DNA of 64,000 nt, taken from positions 257,248-321,247 of the forward strand of contig JAJPHD010000010.1 of assembly GCA_021325455.1 (NCBI GenBank). The letters run 5' to 3'. Position 1 is the stretch's first letter, and each line of letters starts with the position of its first letter. The DNA is from Actinomycetota bacterium. Lineage in GTDB: Bacteria; Actinomycetota; Acidimicrobiia; Acidimicrobiales; JAJPHD01. The notes under the pieces were generated by a model that ran no database searches, was not told where the DNA came from, and saw nothing but the letters and a program-made list of their open reading frames with translations. The translations under genes and the position numbers were made by a program. Below, in pieces: positions 10,788-18,194 of this stretch.

Positions 10788-11077
10788 AGGTAGAGCCCCG
10801 TGCCACCATCGATGCGGTCGCTGGCCACGGCGTGGATGTCCCGCTCGCGGAGTATCAGGTAGTCCTCCCCCTGGACCTCCACCTCGTAGCGGTCCTCGGG
10901 GCTGAACAAGACGTTGTCACCGGCCTTGATGGTCCTCACGTGGGGGCCCACCGCCACCACCTCGGCCCACGCCAGCCGCTTGGACATCTGGGCCGTGGCC
11001 GGTATCAGGATCCCGCCCCGGGACCGGCGCTCCCCCTCCGCCTGGGGGATCTGGACCAGCACCCTGTCGGACAGCAT
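10784..11077 (-). CDS. GroES (Cpn10) family protein, 97 aa, with a C-terminal extension ending GGTGLYL
   Basis: It aligns by eye to GroES: DRVLVQ...GGILIP...AEVVAVGP...AGDNVLF...GEDYLILRERDIHAV. Only the last 97 codons of ORF 10784..11722 look genuine. Confidence 0.75.
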   Translation of the reverse strand: MLSDRVLVQIPQAEGERRSRGGILIPATAQMSKRLAWAEVVAVGPHVRTIKAGDNVLFSPEDRYEVEVQGEDYLILRERDIHAVASDRIDGGTGLYL

Positions 11078-11143
11078 GGTTATGGGTTGCTTGGGGCTGC
11101 GCTTGGCGTCGGACACCACACCTTGACGGTACCGTCTCGACCC

Positions 11144-11764
11144 GTGGTGATCGAACCAGTCAGCCTCAGGACCTCCGACGGCCTCCTTCTCGAGGGAGAG
11201 CTCTCCGTGCCCGAGCCCACCTGGGCGGCGGCCGTGCTGGCCCACCCCCACCCCCTCTACGGGGGCTCGATGCGCTCTATCGTCACCGGTGCCCTCTTCG
11301 AGGGCCTGTCCCGCGAGGGGGTGGCCTGCCTGCGCTTCAACTTCCGGGGGGTGGGGGCCTCGGAGGGGGAGCATGACGAGGGCCGCGGCGAGCGCGACGA
11401 CATCGTGGCCGCCCTGGACGTCCTGGAGCCCATAACCGAAGGGCTCCCGCTCGCCCTTTGCGGGTGGTCCTTCGGCGCCGACACCGCCCTTTGCGTCGGG
11501 GACGCCCGGGTGGGCGGCTGGCTGGCCGTGGCCCCCCCCTTGCGTGACGTGGCCCGGCCACTGATGGTGGCCCCCAACGACCCCCGCCCCACCCTCCTCG
11601 CCGTCCCGGAGAACGACCAGTTCAACCCCCCGGCCCGGGCCCGGCCCACAGTGGAGGGCTGGCAGGCCACCCGCCTGGTGGTGGTCGAGGGAGCTGACCA
11701 CTTCCTCGTGGGCAAGACCCATCGGGCCGTGGAACTGGCCCTGGACCTCCTGGGAGACCTCTAG
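11144..11764 (+). CDS. alpha/beta-hydrolase fold protein
   Basis: Nucleophile elbow GWSFG, HPHPLYGG and a C-terminal GADHF are present. The start is GTG at 11144 or 11147. The upstream part of ORF 10832..11764 is antisense to the groES-like gene. Confidence 0.7.
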   Translation: MVIEPVSLRTSDGLLLEGELSVPEPTWAAAVLAHPHPLYGGSMRSIVTGALFEGLSREGVACLRFNFRGVGASEGEHDEGRGERDDIVAALDVLEPITEGLPLALCGWSFGADTALCVGDARVGGWLAVAPPLRDVARPLMVAPNDPRPTLLAVPENDQFNPPARARPTVEGWQATRLVVVEGADHFLVGKTHRAVELALDLLGDL

Positions 11765-12741
11765 CCGAGGGTTAGCCAGCCCCGCCGACGGAACAGGGCC
11801 AGCAGGCCGATGGCCGCCACCAGCTCGGTTCCTATCCCCACGCCCACGAAGACGGGCAGGCCGGCGATGTTGCCCACGAGGAAGCCGAAGTTCTGGCCGA
11901 AGAACCCGGTGAGGAAGGAAAGGGGCAGGAAGACGGTGGCGATGATGGTGAGCTGCTTCATGACCTGGTTGAGCCGGTTGGAGACCGTGGACAGGTACAC
12001 GTCCATGGCCCCGTTCACGAGGTCCCGGTAGCTGTCGGTGAGGTCACCCAGGCGGATGAGGTGGTCGTAGACATCCCGGAAGTACCTCTGCCCCTCCTGG
12101 GTCAGCCCGGGAAGCTCCGAGCCCCCCGCCAGCAGCGAGGCGAACAGGTCCCTCTGGGGCCCGAGGACCCGGCGTAGGGCGAGGAGGTCCCGCTTCATGT
12201 CGAACAGGCGGCCCAGCTGCTCCTCCCGGGGCTGGAGCAGGATGTCGTCCTGCAGGGCGTCAACCCGGTCGTCGTAGGAGTTGAGCACCGTGAAGAAGCT
12301 GTCCACCAGCCCGTCGGCCATGCGGTAGAGGAGGGCCGTCTGGTCGGAGACGGGCAGGTGGCGGCGCTCGTGACGTGCCCTGAGGCCGGCGAAGGCCGGG
12401 CAGTCCTCCCGGTGCACGGTGACCAGGCAGGTGCGGGAGAAGAAGCAATGGACCTCGACCAAGGCCTCCTCGACCGCCCCGGGGCCCGGGACGGCTCCGT
12501 ATAGGACGAGGAAGACGAAGTCGTCGTAGTCCTCCAGCTTGGGCCGCTGCCCGAAGTTGTGGGCGTCCTCCACGGCCAGGGGATGGAAGGCGAAGACGTC
12601 GGACAGGAGCGCCAGCTCAGCCTGGTCGGGGCTCTGGAGGTCCAGCCAGAAGGGCCCTCCCTCCTCCAGAAGGCGACGGAGCGAATCGGCCCGGACCCCG
12701 GTGGAGACCGTGCCGTCGTGGTTCACGAGGAAGCTGCTCAA
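11761..12741 (-). CDS. corA: CorA-family divalent cation transporter (GQN variant of the GMN motif)
   Basis: Two C-terminal TM helices carry FFGQNFGF. The TTG start at 12741 is preceded by GGAGG with 4 nt of spacing. Confidence 0.85.
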   Translation of the reverse strand: MSSFLVNHDGTVSTGVRADSLRRLLEEGGPFWLDLQSPDQAELALLSDVFAFHPLAVEDAHNFGQRPKLEDYDDFVFLVLYGAVPGPGAVEEALVEVHCFFSRTCLVTVHREDCPAFAGLRARHERRHLPVSDQTALLYRMADGLVDSFFTVLNSYDDRVDALQDDILLQPREEQLGRLFDMKRDLLALRRVLGPQRDLFASLLAGGSELPGLTQEGQRYFRDVYDHLIRLGDLTDSYRDLVNGAMDVYLSTVSNRLNQVMKQLTIIATVFLPLSFLTGFFGQNFGFLVGNIAGLPVFVGVGIGTELVAAIGLLALFRRRGWLTLG

Positions 12742-12802
12742 GGTACCTCCGCCGCCACCGTCCAGCCGGCATGAGGCTCGGCCGGCCACGGGGCGAGGGA
12801 GG

Positions 12803-13609
12803 TCACCCGACCCTCTCACATGCCGCCATGGCCTCCTTCAGGCTCATTCGGCCTTCACGAAGCGCCATCCCCACGATGACCCCATCGAGGCGATTGCCAT
12901 TGCGCTCGAGACCGGCCAGGGCGGCCAGGTCGTCACACGAGGCTACCCCACCCGAGGCCACCACCGGGAGGGCGGTGGCCTCCAGGACAGCCGCCAGGCC
13001 CTCCATATCGGGGCCGGTCATGGTGCCGTCGCGCCCGATGTCGGTCACCACCACGGCAGCCACGCCGGCATCCTCGAACCGTCGCACCACGTCCAGCAGG
13101 CTCTCCCCGGAGGCCTCGGTCCAGCCCCGGAGGGCGACCCGGGCGTTGGCCACCGAAGAGGCCGGCTCCCCTGCTCGGGCCGGCCGGTTGGCAATCGACG
13201 CCCCGGCGCGCCGGTGGTCGAGGCTCACCGCCACCTGGCCGGGGTGCTTCCTGGCCAGGCGGCGCACCAGCCCCGGGTGCTCCAGGGCGGCGGTGCCCAG
13301 CACCACCCGGGACACGCCCATGGCCAGGAGGGACTTGGCCGCTTCCTCGTTGCGTATGCCCCCGCCCACCTGGACCAGGACCCCGGCCTCGATGGCCAGG
13401 GCGGCGATGCGGCTGATCAGGTCACGCTGGACGGGGACCCCGGTCCGGGCGGCATCGAGGTCGACCAGGTGCAGGTGGCGCGCCCCCGCCGCCACGAGCC
13501 CTTCGGCTGTGGCCACCGGATCCCCGAAGCAACGCTCCCGGGAGAAGTCTCCCTGCACCAGGCGGACGGACTGGCCGCCGCGCACGTCGATGGCCGGATA
13601 GAGATCCAC
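12803..13609 (-). CDS. hisA: HisA/PriA-type (beta/alpha)8 phosphoribosyl isomerase
   Basis: MDLYPAIDVRGGQSVRLVQGD, VGGGIR and VTDIGRDGTMTGPD are present. There is a ~25-aa insertion around RRAGASIANRPARAGEPASS. Confidence 0.9.
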   Translation of the reverse strand: MDLYPAIDVRGGQSVRLVQGDFSRERCFGDPVATAEGLVAAGARHLHLVDLDAARTGVPVQRDLISRIAALAIEAGVLVQVGGGIRNEEAAKSLLAMGVSRVVLGTAALEHPGLVRRLARKHPGQVAVSLDHRRAGASIANRPARAGEPASSVANARVALRGWTEASGESLLDVVRRFEDAGVAAVVVTDIGRDGTMTGPDMEGLAAVLEATALPVVASGGVASCDDLAALAGLERNGNRLDGVIVGMALREGRMSLKEAMAACERVG

Positions 13610-13759
13610 CTGCCCCCCCTACCTGGCCCCGGCCAAGGGGGCTCCGGACAGGTGGGGCGCACCATGCCGGTCGAACACCCTGGGCACGGGCATCAGATGC
13701 TAGCGGCCCGAGGCCCCCGGCAGGGGAAGAGCGACCCCGTCCTGGGCCATGATGGGGGC

Positions 13760-13975
13760 ATGACCTCGTCTGCCGCCGAGCTCTCGTCCCTGGCCAGCAC
13801 CCTCGATGAGCTGACCCGGCGCATCACCGCCATAGCCGATGCCTACGTGGCGGCCGACCACGAGGAGCTGGCCCTTGAGCTGTACGCCGCCGAGCGGGCC
13901 CTGGTAGGGGCCCACCGCCGCCTGGCCCGGGTGGGCGAAGCTGACCGACGGTTAGCTGGCGGTCACAGGAGGTAG
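13760..13975 (+). CDS. hypothetical small helical protein (71 aa)
   Basis: ATG start and high third-position G+C. It is the only sensible part of spurious ORF 12539..13975. No family was recognised. Confidence 0.4.
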   Translation: MTSSAAELSSLASTLDELTRRITAIADAYVAADHEELALELYAAERALVGAHRRLARVGEADRRLAGGHRR

Positions 13976-13990
13976 CAAGAGGTATCGGCC

Positions 13991-14027
13991 CCAAAGACAC
14001 TGACGGCGCCCTTTCGGGCGCCGTCAG
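13991..14027 (-). terminator. intrinsic-terminator-like hairpin downstream of nth
   Basis: Perfect 12-bp stem CTGACGGCGCCC/GGGCGCCGTCAG with a 4-nt loop (14000-14027). On the minus strand it is followed by UGUCUUUGG. Confidence 0.55.
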
Positions 14028-14194
14028 CGGAGCAAGCCGAGCGGCGGATCCCGGCTTCGCTCTGCGGAACCAGGTGGCGGGAACCGGTTCCGTTCGACTT
14101 GAGGATACCCGCTCACCGGGTCGTACTAACGGCGGCAGGCGCAACTTCTTGCCTGCTGGCCAGGAGATTTTCCGACCCCTGACCTGGGATGTCT

Positions 14195-14902
14195 TCACCG
14201 CGGGGAGCTTCGCCCCAACGCCGGCCCCCGGCCGGCCGGCAGGCTCGAGGACGGGCAGAAGTCCGCCAGCACGCACAGGTCGCACCTGGGCGTGCGAGCC
14301 CGGCACACGGCCCTGCCGTGCAGGATCAGGCGCAGGCTGAACGCCCCCCGCTCCGCCGCCGGGAGCATCCTGCTCACCTCCGCCTCGATGCGGTCCGGAT
14401 CGGTGGCCTGGGTCAGCCCCAGGCGCCTGGTGAGGCGGGCCACGTGGGTGTCCACCGGCAGGCCGGGCAGACCCAGGGCCACGCTGCGGACGACGTTGGC
14501 GGTCTTGCGCCCCACCCCGGGCAGGCTGGTCAGGTCGGCCATTGAGGACGGCACCTGCCCCCCGAAGCGCTCGACCACCGCCCCCGCCATGCCCCGCAGG
14601 CTCTTGGCCTTGCTGTTGAAGAACCCCGCCGGGCGTATGACCTCTTCCAGGTCCGGGCCCGCTGCGGCCAGCGAAGGGGGGTCGGGCCAGCGGGCAAACA
14701 CCTCGGGTGTGACCTGGTTCACCCGCTCGTCGGTGCACTGCGCAGACAGGATGGTGGCCACCAGGAGCTGGAAGGCACCGTCGTGGCGCAGGGCGCAGAG
14801 CTCCTTGGCCGATCCCGGGTACTCCTCGGCCAGCCGGGCCGCCGCCTCGCGGGCCCGGCCCGCCGGTGTCCTGGGGCGTACGGGGCGGCGGGGCAGGGCC
14901 AT
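14195..14902 (-). CDS. nth: endonuclease III
   Basis: The HhH-GPD region (LPGVGRKTANVV) and a C-terminal 4Fe-4S cluster C-x6-C-x2-C-x5-C are present. Confidence 0.95.
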   Translation of the reverse strand: MALPRRPVRPRTPAGRAREAAARLAEEYPGSAKELCALRHDGAFQLLVATILSAQCTDERVNQVTPEVFARWPDPPSLAAAGPDLEEVIRPAGFFNSKAKSLRGMAGAVVERFGGQVPSSMADLTSLPGVGRKTANVVRSVALGLPGLPVDTHVARLTRRLGLTQATDPDRIEAEVSRMLPAAERGAFSLRLILHGRAVCRARTPRCDLCVLADFCPSSSLPAGRGPALGRSSPR

Positions 14903-14955
14903 CGGCCGGCGAGGCTAGCGCCGCCCGGAGCCCGCTCACGGCTACGGTCGGTCCC

Positions 14956-15882
14956 GTGGTGCACCTGGAGGTCAAGCGCAGGATGGGCGAGGAGGACGTG
15001 GCCGCCATCTCGACCCTCCTCCACCTGGCAGCGGTGGCCGACGACCACCGGCCTCTCGGCGAGCACCAGTGGCTGGACCTGGTCCAGGGCGGCCGGCGTG
15101 GCTTCGCCGGCTTCGTGGCCTGGGAGCCCGGCCACAGCCATCCCGTCGGCTACGCCCAGGTGAGCAGGGGCGAGAGCAACGGCACCTGGGCCGTGGAGGT
15201 GGTGGTGGACCCCCACCACCGGGATGCCACCAGCACGGTGGGCTCGGACCTCTTGAGGGCGGCCCTGGACGAGGTGGGGAGGGCCGGGGGGGGCCATGTG
15301 CACCTGTGGGTGGCCAAGCCCACCCCCCACCATGACGAGATGGCCGCCGCCAACGGCCTCAGCAAGGGGCGGGACCTCTACCAGATGCGCCGGCCCCTTC
15401 CGGTGGCGGGCGAGGCGGCCGACCTGGCCACGCGGCCCTTCCGTCCCGGCCAGGACGAGGAGGCCTGGCTGGAGGTGAACAACCGGGCCTTTGCCTGGCA
15501 CCCGGAGCAGGGAGGGTGGGACCTCACCACCATCCAGCGGCGGGAGCGTGAGCCCTGGTTCGACCCCGACGGCTTCCTCCTGCACGAGGAGGAGGGCCGC
15601 CTGGCGGGGTTCTGCTGGACCAAGGTCCACTCCGATCTCTCCCCGCCCATAGGTGAGATCTACGTGATCGCGGTGGACCCCGACTTCCAGGGCCGGGGCC
15701 TCGGGCGCCGCCTGGTGCTGGCCGGCCTGGACTGGCTGGCCCGAGCGGGCCTGGACCTGGCCATGCTGTACGTGGACGCCTCCAACGAGCCGGCGGTCGC
15801 CCTCTATCGCAACCTGGGGTTCACCGTGGACCACACCGACCGGGCGTACGTGGGCGACATCCCCCCTAGGCGACCCCGCTAG
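14956..15882 (+). CDS. mshD: mycothiol synthase (tandem GNAT acetyltransferase)
   Basis: Two GNAT halves are present, with FRPGQDEEAWLEVNNRAFAWHPEQG and VDPDFQGRGLGRRL. The GTG start at 14956 or 14959 is chosen to avoid overlapping nth. Confidence 0.85.
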   Translation: MVHLEVKRRMGEEDVAAISTLLHLAAVADDHRPLGEHQWLDLVQGGRRGFAGFVAWEPGHSHPVGYAQVSRGESNGTWAVEVVVDPHHRDATSTVGSDLLRAALDEVGRAGGGHVHLWVAKPTPHHDEMAAANGLSKGRDLYQMRRPLPVAGEAADLATRPFRPGQDEEAWLEVNNRAFAWHPEQGGWDLTTIQRREREPWFDPDGFLLHEEEGRLAGFCWTKVHSDLSPPIGEIYVIAVDPDFQGRGLGRRLVLAGLDWLARAGLDLAMLYVDASNEPAVALYRNLGFTVDHTDRAYVGDIPPRRPR

Positions 15883-16627
15883 CCCCCAGAACGTGGCCCA
15901 CCCCGAAGGTGGCTGCGGCGGCAGCCGCGGCCAGGGTAAGCTGGCGCAGGGCCGAGAACCACCACGGCCGGCCCGTGAAGAAGGACAGGGCCACCCCCAC
16001 CGCCAGGGAGGCCATTACCCCCACGGCGATGGAGGCCAGGAGGGCGGCCTCCCCCGACACGACAAACCACGGGACCAGGGTGAGGGCCGCGCCTATGGCG
16101 AAGGAGGCGAAGGACGAGGCGGCGGCCTGGAAGGGGGATCCCAGCTCGTCGGGGTCGAGGCCCAGCTCCTCCCGGGCGTGGGTGTCGAGGGCCACCTCCG
16201 GGTCCCGCATCATGGCGGCGGCCAGCTCCCGGGCCATTTCCGGCTCCACTCCCCTGCTCTCGTAGAGGTGGGCCAGCTCGTGCTCCTCAGCGCGCGGGCG
16301 GCGGTTGATCTCCCGCCTCTCGATCTCCAGCTCCCTTTCGAACAGCTCCCGCTGGGCCCGCATGGACACGTACTCGCCGGCAGCCATGGAGCAGGCGCCC
16401 GCCACCAGCCCGGCCAGGCCGGCCAGGCGCACCGGGCCCGGGGCGGTGGCAGCCCCGGCCACACCCAGGATCAGCGAGACGTTGGACACGAGCCCGTCGC
16501 TGACCCCGAATACGGCTGCCCTCGCCCCTCCACCCTTCACGTTGCGGTGGTGGTGCTCCGGGAGGGGGGGGTCCGGCCGGCGGTGGGTGGGGCTGGCGGC
16601 GGCCTGGCGGGGCTGCTGGCTCACCAT
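15866..16627 (-). CDS. VIT1/CCC1-family iron/manganese transporter
   Basis: VFGVSDGLVSNVSLILGVAGA is followed by an acidic helical region and C-terminal TM helices. Confidence 0.85.
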   Translation of the reverse strand: MVSQQPRQAAASPTHRRPDPPLPEHHHRNVKGGGARAAVFGVSDGLVSNVSLILGVAGAATAPGPVRLAGLAGLVAGACSMAAGEYVSMRAQRELFERELEIERREINRRPRAEEHELAHLYESRGVEPEMARELAAAMMRDPEVALDTHAREELGLDPDELGSPFQAAASSFASFAIGAALTLVPWFVVSGEAALLASIAVGVMASLAVGVALSFFTGRPWWFSALRQLTLAAAAAAATFGVGHVLGASGVA

Positions 16628-16714
16628 GGGGTCACCCTACCGGCGGGGGACGGCGGGTGCGTGGGCAAAGCAGATGAGCAGCCCAGGGCGCCGGCCGGGC
16701 CCGAAAGCTGCGCA

Positions 16715-17872
16715 ATGACCGCGCCATCGGCCAGGATAAGCGGCGTGAAGCTGGCCGTCCCCCGAGAGACCCGGCCCGGCGAGCGCCGGGCCGCCATCGT
16801 CCCCGAGGTGGTGCCCAAGCTGGCGGGTGCCGGCTTCGAGGTCTGGGTGGAGGAGGGCCTGGGTGCCCAGGCCGGCTATCCCGACGGCGCCTACCGGGAA
16901 GCCGGGGCCCAGGTGGGAGGAGACGTGCTTGCCGGCGCCGACCTGGTGGCCAGGGTGCTGCCCCCGACGGCGGCCGAGGTGGGCAAGCTGCCCGAGGGAT
17001 CGGTGCTGGTGGGCTTCCTCGCTCCGGGCTCGGACCCGGGCATGGTGGCTGCCCTGGTCGAGCGGAAGGTCACCTCCTTCGCCTTCGAGCTGGTTCCCCG
17101 CATCAGCCGGGCCCAGTCCATGGATGCCCTTTCCTCCCAGGCGACGGTGGCCGGTTACCGGGCCGCCCTGCTCGCCGCCGTGCGCCTGCCGAAGTTCTTC
17201 CCCATGTTCATGACCGCGGCCGGGACCGTGCCACCGGCCAAGGTGCTGGTCATGGGGGCGGGAGTGGCGGGCCTGCAGGCCATCGCCACCGCTCGGCGCC
17301 TGGGCGCCAAGGTGAGCGCCTATGACGTGCGCCCTGCCGCCGCTGACGAGGTGCGCAGCCTGGGGGCCACCTTCCTCGAGCTGGACCTCGAGGCCAAGCA
17401 GGGGGCCGGGGGCTATGCCGCCGAGCAGGGGACGGACTTCCTGGCCCGCCAGCAGGAGCTGATCGGTGCCCACGTCGCCTCCTCCGACGTGGTCATCACG
17501 ACTGCAGCCGTGCCGGGGCGGCGGGCTCCGGTGCTGATCAGGAGGTCCATGGTGGAGGCCATGCGGCCCGGCTCCCTGATCGTGGACCTGGCCGCACCGA
17601 GCGGCGGGAACTGCGAGGTCACCCGGCTGGGAGAGGAGGTCGACCACGGCGGGGTGCTCGTCCTGGGGCCTCGGGACCTGGCGGCGACCATGCCCACCCA
17701 CGCCAGCGCCCTCTACGCCCGCAACGTGGTGAACCTGGTCCAGTTGCTCGTCCGGGACGGCCGGCTGGCCCCCGACTTCGACGATGAGGTGGTGGCCGGG
17801 GCCTGCCTCACCGCCGACGGGGAGGTCCGCCACGCCCCGACCAGGGAGTACCTCGAGTCACGAAAGGGCTGA
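16715..17872 (+). CDS. pntAA: NAD(P) transhydrogenase subunit alpha, part 1
   Basis: AlaDH/PNT domain (LAVPRETRPGERR, VLVMGAGVAGLQAIATARRLGA). The start is ATG 16715. The upstream 274 codons of the ORF are antisense to the VIT1 gene. Confidence 0.9.
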   Translation: MTAPSARISGVKLAVPRETRPGERRAAIVPEVVPKLAGAGFEVWVEEGLGAQAGYPDGAYREAGAQVGGDVLAGADLVARVLPPTAAEVGKLPEGSVLVGFLAPGSDPGMVAALVERKVTSFAFELVPRISRAQSMDALSSQATVAGYRAALLAAVRLPKFFPMFMTAAGTVPPAKVLVMGAGVAGLQAIATARRLGAKVSAYDVRPAAADEVRSLGATFLELDLEAKQGAGGYAAEQGTDFLARQQELIGAHVASSDVVITTAAVPGRRAPVLIRRSMVEAMRPGSLIVDLAAPSGGNCEVTRLGEEVDHGGVLVLGPRDLAATMPTHASALYARNVVNLVQLLVRDGRLAPDFDDEVVAGACLTADGEVRHAPTREYLESRKG

Positions 17873-17873
17873 C

Positions 17874-18194
17874 ATGGTCTCCACTCCGGTGACGCTCCTG
17901 TTCATCTTCATCCTCGCCGCCTTCGTGGGCTACGAGGTGATCTCCAAGGTCCCGAGCATCCTGCACACGCCCCTCATGTCGGGGAGCAACGCCATCCACG
18001 GCGTGATCCTGGTGGGGGCCATGATCATCGCCAACGAGGCCCGGGGGCCCTTGGAGATCGCCCTCGCCCTGGTGGCGGTCATCCTGGCCACCCTCAACAT
18101 CGTGGGCGGCGTGGCGGTCACGGACCGCATGCTCGAGATGTTCAAGGGCCGCCAGCAGTCCCGGGGTGCTCGCTCCGAGGAGAGGGGACCGTGA
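17874..18194 (+). CDS. pntAB: NAD(P) transhydrogenase subunit alpha, part 2 (membrane)
   Basis: A small 3-TM protein with HTPLMSGSNAIHG. Its ATG lies 2 nt after the pntAA stop. Confidence 0.9.
   Translation: MVSTPVTLLFIFILAAFVGYEVISKVPSILHTPLMSGSNAIHGVILVGAMIIANEARGPLEIALALVAVILATLNIVGGVAVTDRMLEMFKGRQQSRGARSEERGP

Noticed and set aside
11078-11143. Possible trp leader peptide or attenuator upstream of the groES-like/trpE unit (uORF VWCPTPSAAPSNP)
   Set aside because: It has only one Trp codon, no tandem Trp, no terminator/antiterminator pair and no SD. The evidence is insufficient.
10784-11722. 312-aa ORF read as a single protein
   Set aside because: Only the last 97 codons are GroES-like. 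The upstream part is antisense to the alpha/beta-hydrolase gene and is G/P/H-rich. An ATG at 11077 gives a normal-length Cpn10.
14150-14194. SRP (4.5S) RNA-like string CCAGGTCAGG...GGAA...AGCAGGCAAG on the minus strand
   Set aside because: The resemblance to the helix-8 consensus (CCAGGUCCGGAAGGAAGCAGCC) breaks down. There is an extra 12-nt insert, no matching 3' strand, and no closing 5'/3' helix. I kept it only as part of the generic structured-region finding.
16628-16714. Metal riboswitch (yybP-ykoY) or IdeR/MntR box upstream of the VIT1 transporter
   Set aside because: The 87-bp spacer is too short for the riboswitch. I found no IdeR-type palindrome (TTAGGTTAGGCTAACCTAA-like) or other inverted repeat.
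15893-16714. N-terminal 274 codons of ORF 15893..17872, which would make a 659-aa PntA
   Set aside because: This part is antisense to the VIT1 gene and G/R/H-rich. PntAA homology starts at MTAPSARISGVKLAVPRE (ATG 16715).
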